Source: Fibrobacterales bacterium (GTDB taxonomy: Bacteria; Fibrobacterota; Fibrobacteria; Fibrobacterales; JAOPTW01). Taken from it: DNA of 64,000 nucleotides. This document shows positions 9,443 through 20,013 of the stretch, in pieces. The stretch spans positions 11,449 through 75,448 of the forward strand of contig JAOPTX010000025.1 of the NCBI GenBank assembly GCA_051532055.1, in the 5' to 3' direction. The notes below the pieces were generated by a model. It did no database searches. It was not told where the DNA came from and saw only the letters and a list, made by a program, of their open reading frames with translations. Every line of letters starts with the position of its first letter. Position 1 is the stretch's first letter. Both the position numbers and the translations under genes were made by a program.

Positions 9443-10535
9443 TTTTTTAAGTTTAAAAAAAATAAATGACCAATATAGTGTTGAAATAAAAGAGGCTATA
9501 AATACTGTAGTAGATTCAGGCTGGTACCTGCTGGGTAATAAAGTAAAAGAATTTGAGAAAAATTTTGCTCGTTATTGTGGAGCTAAACACTGTATAGGTG
9601 TTGCTAATGGATTAGACGCACTAATTTTAATTATTCGGGCCTACAAGGAGCTTGGTGAGTTTTCTGAAGGCGATGAAATAATTGTTCCCGCAAATACATA
9701 TATAGCATCTGTTCTTGCCATTTCAGAAAATAATTTAAAACCTGTTCTTGTTGAACCTGATCCTAATACATATTTAATTAATGAAAAACTAATTGAACAT
9801 AGTATTACCGATAGAACAAAAGCCATCCTGACAGTTCATTTATATGGGCAAACTACTGAAATGACAGGAATAAATAGTATTGCAAAAAAATATAATCTAA
9901 AGGTAATCGAAGATTCTGCCCAAGCTCATGGTGCATACTTTAATCATCAACGAGCCGGCAATCTTGGTGATGCTAGTGGTTTTAGTTTTTATCCTGGCAA
10001 AAACCTTGGAGCTTTAGGAGATGGTGGTGCAGTTACCACAAATGATGATATATTGGCAGAGGTTGTCCGGGCGTTAGGGAATTATGGGTCTGAAAAAAAA
10101 TACATCAATAAATACAAAGGAATAAACAGTAGGTTGGATGAAATTCAAGCTGCTGTTTTAGATGTAAAATTAAAGTTCCTTGATAAAGAAATTGAGCGCC
10201 GCCGAAATATTGCACAAAAGTATATTGATGCTATAAAAAACCCAAAAATTACTTTACCCAAAGTTTTTAATAGAGAAAGACATGTCTGGCACCTGTTTGT
10301 GATAAGAACTAATAAACGAGAATTATTACAATCATACTTATCAGAAAATGGAATACAGACTTTAATTCATTATCCAATACCGCCACATCAACAAGAAGCA
10401 TATTGTGAAATGAAAAATTTTTCATTTCCCATTACAGAGTTAATCCACAATGAGGCCCTTAGCCTACCAATTAACCCTTGTATGAATGATGATGAAGTAA
10501 AGTTTGTTATTGAAAAAATAAACAAATGGTCATAA
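9432..10535 (+). CDS. fdtB: DegT/DnrJ-family PLP aminotransferase (dTDP-3-amino-3,6-dideoxyhexose transaminase)
   Basis: [53 protein letters not shown] at 9432. Confidence 0.85.
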   Translation: MKVDFLSLKKINDQYSVEIKEAINTVVDSGWYLLGNKVKEFEKNFARYCGAKHCIGVANGLDALILIIRAYKELGEFSEGDEIIVPANTYIASVLAISENNLKPVLVEPDPNTYLINEKLIEHSITDRTKAILTVHLYGQTTEMTGINSIAKKYNLKVIEDSAQAHGAYFNHQRAGNLGDASGFSFYPGKNLGALGDGGAVTTNDDILAEVVRALGNYGSEKKYINKYKGINSRLDEIQAAVLDVKLKFLDKEIERRRNIAQKYIDAIKNPKITLPKVFNRERHVWHLFVIRTNKRELLQSYLSENGIQTLIHYPIPPHQQEAYCEMKNFSFPITELIHNEALSLPINPCMNDDEVKFVIEKINKWS

Positions 10536-10575
10536 TACATTCAGTTCAGTTTAAATCAGAAAAAAAAGGCAAAAA

Positions 10576-11994
10576 TTGCTAAAGAATTTTATTTGGAGTG
10601 CTGTAGAAAAGGTTTCTATACAAGTAGTATCCTTTGTATTAAGTGTGATATTGGCAAGAATTCTTGATCCTAGTGATTATGGAATTATTGGCATGATTAC
10701 AATATTTATAGCACTCTCTCAAATAATGGTCAATGGTGGCATATCACATGCATTAATTCAAAAACAGGATTGTACAGATACAGACTACTCTACATCTTTT
10801 TATTTTAATGTCACAATGAGTGTGGCTCTGTATTGTATTCTTTATTTTGCTGCACCGTTAGTAGCTGACTTTTATAACAAACCTGAGTTGATAAGTATAT
10901 TACGGGTAATGTGCATCACATTTGTTTTAAACTCATTAACAGTGGTTCATTTGGCAAAGCTAAACCTGGTAATGGATTTTAAGTCGCTTGCAAAAGTTAA
11001 TTTAATAGGAACTGTTGTTAGCGGTAGCGCAGGTATCTATATGGCATATACTGGTTTTGGAGTCTGGGCATTAGTATATCAAAATGTTTTACGGTCCACT
11101 ATAGTTGTTATAACACTTTCACTTATGATTAAGTGGATACCTAGGCATGCTTTTTCTATAGAGTCATTTAAGAGGTTGTTCACGTTTGGATCTAAACTTG
11201 TCATAGCGGGAATTTATGGCACAATCTATAGTAACATTTATATGGTTGTTATAGGAAAATACTATAAAATTGAAGATGTGGGTTATTTTACGCGGGCAAG
11301 ACAATTTGTAGATATACCATCCGGATTAATGTCTAACATTGCAAGAAGTGTATCTTTTCCTCTGCTAAGCTCATTGCAAAATGATAAATCAAAACTATTA
11401 GAAGTAAACAGAAAAGTAACAAGCGTGATGGCGTTTTGCACAATTCCTGCTATGACTTTATTTGCTTTGTTAGCAAAACCACTGATCATAGTTGTGTTAA
11501 CTGAAAAGTGGTTACCTATAGTACCACTATTACAATGGCTTTGTTTTTCCAGAATGATAACCCCTATTAATGAATTAAACATGAGTACACTAAACTCATT
11601 AGGAAAGCCAGGACTATTTCTTAAGGTGGATTTACTTATGGCGCCTGTATTAATTTTATCTATGATAATTACTTTTCCTATTGGTTTGAACGCAATTGCA
11701 ATTGGAATAGTTTGTACTTCTTGGATTGCTTTTTTTGTTAATTCCTATTTTCCGGGAAAATTGATAGGGTATGGCGCACTTAAGCAGTTGTATGACTTTA
11801 GAAAAACCTTTATTTCTACTTTAATTATGGCGTTTTCAGTATACCAGGGTATGCTTTTAGTTTCGAACAATTATTTGCAAATTTTAGTTGGAACAGTTGT
11901 CGCTGTAGTATCCTTTTTAATTCCATCATACTTGTTTAAGAGCCCAGAAATTGAAATAATTATGAATAAATTTTCTAGAAAAAAGCCAATATAA
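10576..11994 (+). CDS. wzx: Polysaccharide flippase (Wzx/WzxC-like)
   Basis: Multi-TM protein; ILARILDPSDYG, GFGVWALV, FGSKL, VGYFTRA; TTG start. Confidence 0.9.
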   Translation: MLKNFIWSAVEKVSIQVVSFVLSVILARILDPSDYGIIGMITIFIALSQIMVNGGISHALIQKQDCTDTDYSTSFYFNVTMSVALYCILYFAAPLVADFYNKPELISILRVMCITFVLNSLTVVHLAKLNLVMDFKSLAKVNLIGTVVSGSAGIYMAYTGFGVWALVYQNVLRSTIVVITLSLMIKWIPRHAFSIESFKRLFTFGSKLVIAGIYGTIYSNIYMVVIGKYYKIEDVGYFTRARQFVDIPSGLMSNIARSVSFPLLSSLQNDKSKLLEVNRKVTSVMAFCTIPAMTLFALLAKPLIIVVLTEKWLPIVPLLQWLCFSRMITPINELNMSTLNSLGKPGLFLKVDLLMAPVLILSMIITFPIGLNAIAIGIVCTSWIAFFVNSYFPGKLIGYGALKQLYDFRKTFISTLIMAFSVYQGMLLVSNNYLQILVGTVVAVVSFLIPSYLFKSPEIEIIMNKFSRKKPI

Positions 11995-12039
11995 CCTTTG
12001 CTAATTATTAAACCTTCCAATCTTTAAAAAAGTTCAATT

Positions 12040-13143
12040 ATGAATGTAAATAGTAATACAAAAACAATTAAGGGTTTAGTTTCATTTTGTTGCTTAGGTT
12101 ATAATCATGGAGAGTATTTAGAAGAGTGTATTAAAAGTATCTGGAGCCAGGAATATACTAGTATTGAGATTATTGCTTTAGATGATGGGTCACAAGATGG
12201 TAGCTCAGATATTTTAAAAAAGTGTGAAAAAAAATCTCCAATACCAATGACCATTATATTGCAAAATAACTCTGGGAATATTGCAAAAAACTTTAATACT
12301 TTAATATCTAAAGCTAATGGAGAATTCCTGTTTTTTATTGCCTTAGATGATGTTGTTAAAAAAAAATCGCTCTCTTCAAAGGTTCCTTTTTTTAATAAAG
12401 ACAACAATCTTGTGTTTGTTGCTAATACATCAACAGATTATATTGATGGTAAAAGTAATATTATAGAAAGAGACGTATTATACCTTGATTGGTCTACAGA
12501 AGACTATAATAATGCTAGTGAGTTATTAGAGTTAGAGTATAAGTATATTGGAACCTTTTATATTCAGGGAACTTTATTTAAAAAAGAAGCAGTATTGACT
12601 GTAAATGGATTTGATGACGATTTACTGGGCGATGATATTATATTAAGAACTAAAATTTTTAATTATATGGTTAAAAACGAACACCTTACCTTCAAATTAC
12701 TTAGTCAACCAGGGGTAAGTTATCGTCATCACGATAGCAATATCCATAAAAATAGTGTCAGACAGATTCGGCTGGTTAAAGAGTGGAAGGACAGGTATTT
12801 TCCTGAACGGCGGCCACCATTAAAATTTATTGAGTGGATTAAAAATACAATTCATGCAGAGTTATCAACTGGAAAGCTGGATAATATTCCTGAATTAATA
12901 AACATTTTAAAAGACTTGAATTTTAAAACCGATGACATTCCGAAAGTAATTCATCAAATGTTTTTACTGACAAAAGATTATAGGTATTTAATTCCATTTA
13001 TATTTGAGATACGTGTATTAAAGATGTTAAATAGAAAAGAAGCTTATATAAGAATTTTAGGGATCAAAATTATTGAATTGAGAAAAGTTAATAATTACAA
13101 GATGCTCTATTTTTGCGGAATAAAAGTTTATGAATTAAAATAA
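12040..13143 (+). CDS. Glycosyltransferase family 2
   Basis: YNHGEYLEECIKS, IIALDDGSQD, ALDD, YRHH. Confidence 0.9.
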   Translation: MNVNSNTKTIKGLVSFCCLGYNHGEYLEECIKSIWSQEYTSIEIIALDDGSQDGSSDILKKCEKKSPIPMTIILQNNSGNIAKNFNTLISKANGEFLFFIALDDVVKKKSLSSKVPFFNKDNNLVFVANTSTDYIDGKSNIIERDVLYLDWSTEDYNNASELLELEYKYIGTFYIQGTLFKKEAVLTVNGFDDDLLGDDIILRTKIFNYMVKNEHLTFKLLSQPGVSYRHHDSNIHKNSVRQIRLVKEWKDRYFPERRPPLKFIEWIKNTIHAELSTGKLDNIPELINILKDLNFKTDDIPKVIHQMFLLTKDYRYLIPFIFEIRVLKMLNRKEAYIRILGIKIIELRKVNNYKMLYFCGIKVYELK

Positions 13144-13204
13144 GGCGTGTAAGTTATTGAATTAATAGAAATATTTGATAATTTCCAAGTTAAGTAAACT
13201 AAAA

Positions 13205-14080
13205 TTAATTATTAATCCAGTTAGCCAATACACGACTTGCTTTATTAGCCCCTGAGCTTGTCAGGTGATCACCATCAGGTAAATAATCGTTGTCAGTAAG
13301 CTCTAAACTATTAAAATCAAATTTTGAAATACTATAGTAAGTAATTAATGAGCTATATTTTTCCTTAAAGCTTTCGGGAACAAGGTTGACATACTTAGGG
13401 TGTTTAGGGGTATTCAATAAAATGAGCGTTATATTTTTTTGTTTGCAGTATGCATAAAACTTATCTAAATAAGCTAGTTGAATATTAGAAAACTTTTGTA
13501 ATGTTTTATCTGAGTAGAATTGTCCATTTGCCCTCTCATATATTAGTTTATCGTTGATATGAACATCCGTCACATAGTTTTTAAAAGATCCAATTGTTTC
13601 AGACCTACCTTGGAAAAAATTAGTGAATTCTTCCAGGGTAGTTTTAATAAATAAGTTAAGAGGTTTTTCTGTCTTTGTAAGTAAAAAGAGTTGCTTTGTG
13701 AGTGGAACATGATATAAAAATTTGGAAGTAAGGTGGTTACAATAAATTATCGGATCATAATATGATGATAGTGTGTGAAAGCTGAAACCTAGAAAAACTG
13801 TATCAATGTGGGGGTTAAGTTCCTTTAGTTTTATCAACTTATAATAGGAATACATTAATGCTTCGCTGCTTGTTGCGATATTTTTGGAGCCACTAATTAA
13901 GCTGTCATTAATGGCGTATTCAACTTGAGAATCACCAATAAAGAGTGTGTGAACTTTTGACTCGAGGAGAAAAGGACCTGTGTTAAGGCGCACAAAAATA
14001 TTAGTAACAATAAATAAAACAACAATTAGAAGTATTGAAGTTAAGAAGAAGAGCGATATGGTTTTTAAAAATTTTGTCAT
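13205..14080 (-). CDS. Membrane-anchored SGNH-like protein, partner of the MBOAT (AlgJ/DltD/PatB-like role)
   Basis: N-terminal TM helix, FIGDS block I, C-terminal DGDHLTSSGA (DxxH); 2 bp downstream of the MBOAT gene. Confidence 0.7.
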   Translation of the reverse strand: MTKFLKTISLFFLTSILLIVVLFIVTNIFVRLNTGPFLLESKVHTLFIGDSQVEYAINDSLISGSKNIATSSEALMYSYYKLIKLKELNPHIDTVFLGFSFHTLSSYYDPIIYCNHLTSKFLYHVPLTKQLFLLTKTEKPLNLFIKTTLEEFTNFFQGRSETIGSFKNYVTDVHINDKLIYERANGQFYSDKTLQKFSNIQLAYLDKFYAYCKQKNITLILLNTPKHPKYVNLVPESFKEKYSSLITYYSISKFDFNSLELTDNDYLPDGDHLTSSGANKASRVLANWINN

Positions 14081-14082
14081 AA

Positions 14083-15531
14083 TTAAAACTGAAAGTAAAT
14101 GAATTGTTGTTCTTGAGCGCCATAAAATAAAATGAGAAATATTGTTATGAAATAGAAAGTCCAGCGAAAGAAGCGAGGTTTTTTAGAACCAAAAGATTCA
14201 ATTGCGTATTGATGGGCTCTTCCATTCCATTCAAATATTGTAAAGACGCCTACAAAAAGAAGTATTTTCAATGCTTGTTTTTTTACGTTGATATCCGGAA
14301 TAGAAAAAGTGGACAAAGAAAATATTGTATTGATATAATTTATTGCATGTTCAATGTTGTCTGCTCTGAAAAATATCCACGCGAGAACAACCATGCTAAA
14401 TGTAGAAAGCATTTGCCACAACTCATAAAAAGAGGGTATGGTTTTGTCTTTTGCAACAATATCGAAGTTTTGGCGGTTTTTATTGAGAAGTAAAAGTGGT
14501 AGAAAAAATAATGCATTTAACCCTCCCCACGCAATAAATGTCCAATTTGCCCCATGCCAAAATCCACTGACTATGAAAATAATGAAAACATTTTTAACTC
14601 TTTTCGAGGCTGTACCATGGCTTCCTCCAAGTGGAATGTACAAATAATCGCGAAACCAGGTAGAGAGTGAAATGTGCCATCTTCTCCAGAATTCTGCTAT
14701 ATCTCTTGAAAAATATGGATACGCGAAATTTCGCATAAGAGTAAATCCAAATAGACGGGACGTACCAATAGCAATATCAGAATACCCTGAAAAGTCACCA
14801 TATATTTGAAAGCTGAAGAAAATAGCGCCTAAAATAAGTGTGCTACCATTGTAATCATTGGAGTTGTTGAAGATTAGGTTTGCAAATTCAGCGCAATTAT
14901 CAGCTATAACAATTTTTTTAAAAAGGCCCCATAATATTTGGCGTAACCCATCTGTGGCATTAAAATAGTCAAAAGATCTTTTTTTATAAAATTGAGGCAA
15001 TAGGTTTGATGCACGTTCTATGGGGCCAGCGACTAATTGTGGAAAAAAACTGACGAATGTAGAAAAAGCAATAAAATCTTTTGTAGGTTTGAGTTTTTGC
15101 CTATAAATATCAATAGTATAGCTTAGGGTTTGAAATGTATAAAAGCTAATACCTACAGGTAAGATAATGTTTAAAGAGCTTGCCTGGATATCATAGCCCA
15201 TGAAGGTGAATGCGGAGATAAAATTATCTAGGAAGAAGTTGTAATATTTAAAAAATCCAAGAAAGCCTAGGTTTGTTATTATACTTATCCAAAGAAGTGT
15301 TTTTCTTTTAGAAGGTTGTTGAGTTGTAGATAGTTTTAGTCCTACTGTATAATCAACTATTGTGCTGAACAGTATTAGGGATAAAAATCTCCAATCCCAC
15401 CACCCATAAAAAAGATAGCTGGCAACAAGAACTAGGCAATTCTGCTGTTTAAGGTTTTTATTGAAAACAAACCAGTATAATACAAAAATTATTGGCAGGA
15501 ATATTGCAAAATCTAAGGAGTTAAAAAACAT
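14083..15531 (-). CDS. MBOAT-family O-acyltransferase (AlgI/DltB/PatA-like)
   Basis: LPVGISFYTFQ, FFPQLVAGPIER, DFSGYSD, FWRRWHISLSTWFRDYLYIPLGG, SGFWHGA. Confidence 0.93.
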   Translation of the reverse strand: MFFNSLDFAIFLPIIFVLYWFVFNKNLKQQNCLVLVASYLFYGWWDWRFLSLILFSTIVDYTVGLKLSTTQQPSKRKTLLWISIITNLGFLGFFKYYNFFLDNFISAFTFMGYDIQASSLNIILPVGISFYTFQTLSYTIDIYRQKLKPTKDFIAFSTFVSFFPQLVAGPIERASNLLPQFYKKRSFDYFNATDGLRQILWGLFKKIVIADNCAEFANLIFNNSNDYNGSTLILGAIFFSFQIYGDFSGYSDIAIGTSRLFGFTLMRNFAYPYFSRDIAEFWRRWHISLSTWFRDYLYIPLGGSHGTASKRVKNVFIIFIVSGFWHGANWTFIAWGGLNALFFLPLLLLNKNRQNFDIVAKDKTIPSFYELWQMLSTFSMVVLAWIFFRADNIEHAINYINTIFSLSTFSIPDINVKKQALKILLFVGVFTIFEWNGRAHQYAIESFGSKKPRFFRWTFYFITIFLILFYGAQEQQFIYFQF

Positions 15532-15786
15532 GATATAATACCAATAGAGCTCTTTTTCCGAAAATATTTAGTTTTAAAAAACAAATTATCAAATAGGTGT
15601 TGGTCTGAATGGGAAAATTTTAACGAAATATAATAAATAATTTTTGCAATTATGACAAAAGGATCTTGTTAGATAAGAGATATGTATAATACAGGTTATT
15701 TGGCATGTAGATTTATTGGTGGGCTTTTAGATGTACGGTAAATACTTATATTTAGGAGAACAACACAATTTTTCCCTACAATTAAA

Positions 15787-16665
15787 ATGGCAGACACAAA
15801 ACACAATCATCTCTTAAATCAAGCTGTGGCAGTTGTTGTCCTGTATAACCCTCATGAAAATGAATTTAATAGAATAGTTAAACACAGCAAAATATTTGCT
15901 GAGTTGATTGTTATCGATAATTCAAGTACTTCTTTTAAAGACCGTTTACTTGGGTTACCGGGGGTTCAGTATGTCGGCAACATGCAAAACTATGGAATAG
16001 CAAAAGCATTTAATCAGGGACTAGCTTACGCCAATAAACACTCCTATAAATATTGCTTGATGATGGATCAAGATAGTGAAATTGATAAGCAGTCAGTTTT
16101 AAATCTAATTAGGTCTTTTGAATTAAAACCAGAAGCATTTATTTGCACTTCAACCATTCAGGAATATAATCAAAGTGAAACGACACAGGCATTGGAAGAG
16201 TCGCAGATTTTACAAATTCCAGTTTGTATAAGTTCCGGATCTTTGGTTAATGTTAGCTTACTTGAAAAAGTAGGGTACCATGATGAAAAAATGTTTATTG
16301 ATTATGTAGATTTTGAAATATGTTTACGAGCTGCAAAATTTGGGCTTTATACGTACCAAGTGAAGGGCGCCACTTTAAAGCATCAATTAGGCGATCAAAA
16401 AAAGCATGAATTATTTGGCTTTACTTTCTATCCAACACATCACTCTGCCTTAAGAAAATATTATAAAACGAGAAATATGTTATATGTATTTGTTAAGTAC
16501 TTTACAAGTAATCCTAAATGGGTTTTACAGAAAATTAAATTTACACTATATGAACTAATCCTGATGGTTATGTTTGAATCAAACAAGTTAAAAAAAATAA
16601 AGGCTTACTTATTTGGATTTAAGGATTTTATTTTGGGTAACTATCAAATTCGGAAAAAAATATAA
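15787..16665 (+). CDS. GT2 glycosyltransferase, rhamnosyltransferase-like
   Basis: VVVLYNP, IDNS, NYGIAKAFNQG, MDQDS, ISSGS, FIDYVD, HQLG, YYKTRN. Confidence 0.88.
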   Translation: MADTKHNHLLNQAVAVVVLYNPHENEFNRIVKHSKIFAELIVIDNSSTSFKDRLLGLPGVQYVGNMQNYGIAKAFNQGLAYANKHSYKYCLMMDQDSEIDKQSVLNLIRSFELKPEAFICTSTIQEYNQSETTQALEESQILQIPVCISSGSLVNVSLLEKVGYHDEKMFIDYVDFEICLRAAKFGLYTYQVKGATLKHQLGDQKKHELFGFTFYPTHHSALRKYYKTRNMLYVFVKYFTSNPKWVLQKIKFTLYELILMVMFESNKLKKIKAYLFGFKDFILGNYQIRKKI

Positions 16666-17630
16666 TGGAAATAACGACAGTTGTTGTAACATATGGAGAT
16701 AGGTGGAGGCATCTAAAAAAAGTTATAGACTCTTTAGAGACTGTTCCACAAATTAAATGTCTGGTGATAGTTAACAACGCTTGTTCCTACAATTTAAATG
16801 ATAGAGTATCAGAGTATAATTTTAATATCAAAGTAATAAACTTGGAATTAAATACCGGTTCAGCAAATGGGTTTTATACTGGTATAAAGTATGCGGTTGA
16901 AATATTAAGTGCTGAGTATATTTATACACTTGATGATGATACCCGGGTGTTTTCAGATACGGTTGAACAATTGCTCAAGGCTGCCTGTATTTTACATAAT
17001 CCAGTAGATCTTGCACTTGTTTCACTGAGGCCTGAGCGCAAAGAGTATCTGAATGCATCAAATGGAATAGAACATAAAGTGACACATAATAGCTTCTATG
17101 GCTTTCATATGGTAGATAAGGTTGTTAAAGTCCTAGTTCCCAAAAAACCGAAAGAGTACACCCCTTTAGCTAAGCTTGCTTATGCTCCGTATGGAGGATT
17201 GCTTTTATCAAAAAGTATAATTGATAAAATAGGATACCCCAACCCTGACCTGTTTCTTTATAGTGATGATACAAGTTATACGAGCCAGATAAACAACGTG
17301 TGCAATATATATTTAGTAGGTAAAAGTAAACTTGAAGATGTTGATGTATCATGGGATCAATCTCAAAAAACATATCGGTCACCTTTATTTGATGAGACTG
17401 CACCAAATTTTAGGGTTTTTTATAGTTTAAGAAATAGAGTTTATTTTGAGAGTAGAACTACTACTAATAATAAAGGAATATATTTCTTAAACATGTTCTT
17501 TTATTTTTTATTACATCTAATGATAAACGCTGCTAAAACTAAAGCTCTTTTTCGAGAGTCAAGGTTTAGAATAATTGCCTCAGCGATTTACTTGGGATTA
17601 ACTGGAAACTTGAAAAAAAAAGTGGTGTAA
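16665..17630 (+). CDS. Glycosyltransferase family 2
   Basis: VVVTY, NTGSANGF, LDDD, FLYSDD, FYSLRN. Confidence 0.85.
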   Translation: MEITTVVVTYGDRWRHLKKVIDSLETVPQIKCLVIVNNACSYNLNDRVSEYNFNIKVINLELNTGSANGFYTGIKYAVEILSAEYIYTLDDDTRVFSDTVEQLLKAACILHNPVDLALVSLRPERKEYLNASNGIEHKVTHNSFYGFHMVDKVVKVLVPKKPKEYTPLAKLAYAPYGGLLLSKSIIDKIGYPNPDLFLYSDDTSYTSQINNVCNIYLVGKSKLEDVDVSWDQSQKTYRSPLFDETAPNFRVFYSLRNRVYFESRTTTNNKGIYFLNMFFYFLLHLMINAAKTKALFRESRFRIIASAIYLGLTGNLKKKVV

Positions 17631-17631
17631 A

Positions 17632-18816
17632 ATGAAGGTTCTATTTTTTAATACATTTTTTTATCCAAATGTTGTTGGTGGAGCAGAAAATTCTGTGAGA
17701 TTATTAGCAGGAGCTTTAAAAAAACAATCCATTGAACCTGTTATTGTTTCAACATCAAATAAAGATTATATTGATTCTGTTGATGGCATTAAAGTCTATT
17801 ATGTAAAAGTGCCCAACTTATATTGGGGGTTTTATGGAAAGCAACAACCTTTTTACTTGAAACCTTTTTGGCACTTGATTGATTCGTTCAATCCTTTTGC
17901 TTCAAATAAAATCAGAAAGATACTCAAAATTGAAGAACCAAATGTTGTACACTCAAACAATTTATGTGGCTTTTCAGTTAATGTATGGAGAGTAGTGAAA
18001 AGTATGAATATTCCTATCGTTCATACTATGCGTGATTATTATTTGTTATGCCCAAAATCTACCATGTTTTATAATGGTAAAAATGCAGACCCCCTTCCTC
18101 TAACGGCAAAGATATATTCTATACCAAAAAAAATATTGAGTAAAAAGGTGGATGCTGTTGTTGGGGTTAGTGATTTTATATTGCAAAGACATTTAAAAGA
18201 TGAATACTTTAAAAATGCAAAAGTAAAGACTCATATCTATAACCCTTCTCCGCAGCTTAGTGAAAACCATGAAAATAAGGTAAATAATAATAAACTTGTT
18301 TTTGGATATGTTGGATTGATTAGCCCTACAAAGGGAGTTGAAAAGTTAATCCAGGAGTTTAACCTTGCTAAATCGAATGGTTCAAAGCTTCTGATTTTTG
18401 GGAAAGGAGAAACTGAAAAGTATTATAATTATATGGTGGATACTTATTCTAGTGATACTGTAAAGTTTATGGGTTATGAGAAAGTTGATAATATATATCG
18501 GCAAATTAATATTTTGATTATTTGTTCACTTTGGCATGAGCCTTTTCCTAGAACCTTAATAGAAGCCTACACTTATGGAATTCCTGTTGTTGCAAGTAAT
18601 ACAGGTGGCACACAAGCAATGGTTAAAGAGGGTGTTACAGGGTTTATCTATGATCCATTCATCGGCGGTAATTTAGCAAAAAGTATATATAAAATAAGCA
18701 ATGTTAATTTGAGTTCACTGTCGTCTAATGCCAGAGATATAAGTAAATCTTTTTTAGAAGAGACAATTATTAGCGAATATATTTCTGTTTATAGAAATGT
18801 TATTTCAAACAGTTAG
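17632..18816 (+). CDS. Glycosyltransferase family 4
   Basis: YPNVVGGAE, HTMRDYYLLCP, KGV, SLWHEPFPRTLIEA (Ex7E). Confidence 0.9.
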   Translation: MKVLFFNTFFYPNVVGGAENSVRLLAGALKKQSIEPVIVSTSNKDYIDSVDGIKVYYVKVPNLYWGFYGKQQPFYLKPFWHLIDSFNPFASNKIRKILKIEEPNVVHSNNLCGFSVNVWRVVKSMNIPIVHTMRDYYLLCPKSTMFYNGKNADPLPLTAKIYSIPKKILSKKVDAVVGVSDFILQRHLKDEYFKNAKVKTHIYNPSPQLSENHENKVNNNKLVFGYVGLISPTKGVEKLIQEFNLAKSNGSKLLIFGKGETEKYYNYMVDTYSSDTVKFMGYEKVDNIYRQINILIICSLWHEPFPRTLIEAYTYGIPVVASNTGGTQAMVKEGVTGFIYDPFIGGNLAKSIYKISNVNLSSLSSNARDISKSFLEETIISEYISVYRNVISNS

Positions 18817-19972
18817 TAAGCCTTTTTTCTTTTGTCTCCTTGTATATAAAAATATACATAAAAAAGAAAAAGTACATTTCTGGAGAAAAATAATGCCCTT
18901 CTCTTAAGAGTTTAAGGGAAAAGTATACGAGGCATGAATTCGAAATAATGTTTGGTATTTGATTCTTTAAGTCTTTTTTTGAATAATAATATATAATATA
19001 AAAGAACACACAAAGAATTCCAAATAAACCAAAATCTGAGAGAACTCTTAAGAAAAGAGAATTTGCATCTGCAGCATTAATACCGAAAAAAATCTTGTTA
19101 TCTTTATTGACTCCATGTAACTTATTAATGTGTTTGTAGTAAGATGTTTCATGAGAGCCTAGTCCATGCCCGATTAATGGGCTGTCTTCAAAGCTTTTTA
19201 TAGCAACATAAGAGTTTGTTATGATTGCGTATGTGCTAAGGTTCACGCCACTTACACTTAGTGTTTTTATAGCTAAAACAGTGTCATCAATACGAAACCG
19301 AAAGTTCTCACTAGTGAAGTACATTGTTTGAAAAAAGGCAACCAAAAGAATAGCAGTAATAATAATAAAACGCTTTTTAATGTATAGCATGATACATATG
19401 GCTAAGCCAAGAAACCCAACTGACGATGAACTAAGAATGATAGCTAAGCCCAAAATAAAGGATTTAATTTTATTATTTTTATTATTAAAATAATAAAAGA
19501 AGGCTGGTAGTGTAACCATAGAGTAGTGTGCAGGTTCCAACATAATACTGTGTAGTCTAATGAAGCGCCCTTTTTGAATAAAATCCCAGAAAAAAATTAT
19601 AACTCCAAGTACCGAAACATAAAATGCAATTCTAGAGAAGTATTTGAAGACTTCAGATGGGGGTAATTTAATATATCGGAAAAAATTATAAAAATAGATA
19701 GTAGTAATACTAATTCCAATAATTTGACTTACAGCTGCTTTTATTGGGGAGTCTAAAAGAAATGACGTACATATGGCAAGAAAAAGCAGTCCAGCAATAA
19801 TAAAAATATGTTTATATGAAAATCTCAATTTTGAACCAAAAAGAAAAAGCAAAAAATTCTGACCTAGAATTAAATAAAAAAGCTTTATATCAATTCCACT
19901 TTGGTATCGTGCAGCCTCACTAAATAAAGCAGCAATTGTTGTAAATAAAATATATTTCGATAAAAAATTCAT
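18800..19972 (-). CDS. wzy: O-antigen polymerase/ligase-like polytopic membrane protein
   Basis: About 10 hydrophobic segments, RLHSIMLEPAH, PLIGHGLG, NSLFLRVLSDFGLFG; ATG at 19972 avoids overlap with the divergent GT. Confidence 0.7.
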   Translation of the reverse strand: MNFLSKYILFTTIAALFSEAARYQSGIDIKLFYLILGQNFLLFLFGSKLRFSYKHIFIIAGLLFLAICTSFLLDSPIKAAVSQIIGISITTIYFYNFFRYIKLPPSEVFKYFSRIAFYVSVLGVIIFFWDFIQKGRFIRLHSIMLEPAHYSMVTLPAFFYYFNNKNNKIKSFILGLAIILSSSSVGFLGLAICIMLYIKKRFIIITAILLVAFFQTMYFTSENFRFRIDDTVLAIKTLSVSGVNLSTYAIITNSYVAIKSFEDSPLIGHGLGSHETSYYKHINKLHGVNKDNKIFFGINAADANSLFLRVLSDFGLFGILCVFFYIIYYYSKKDLKNQIPNIISNSCLVYFSLKLLREGHYFSPEMYFFFFMYIFIYKETKEKRLTNCLK

Positions 19973-20013
19973 TTTCTTATATTTAGAGCACTTACCTAAA
20001 TATAGTATTGTGA

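Noticed and set aside
9142..17621. A9 homopolymers in or near glycosyltransferase genes as phase-variation tracts
   Set aside because: Expected in such AT-rich, Lys-rich sequence; all frames are intact
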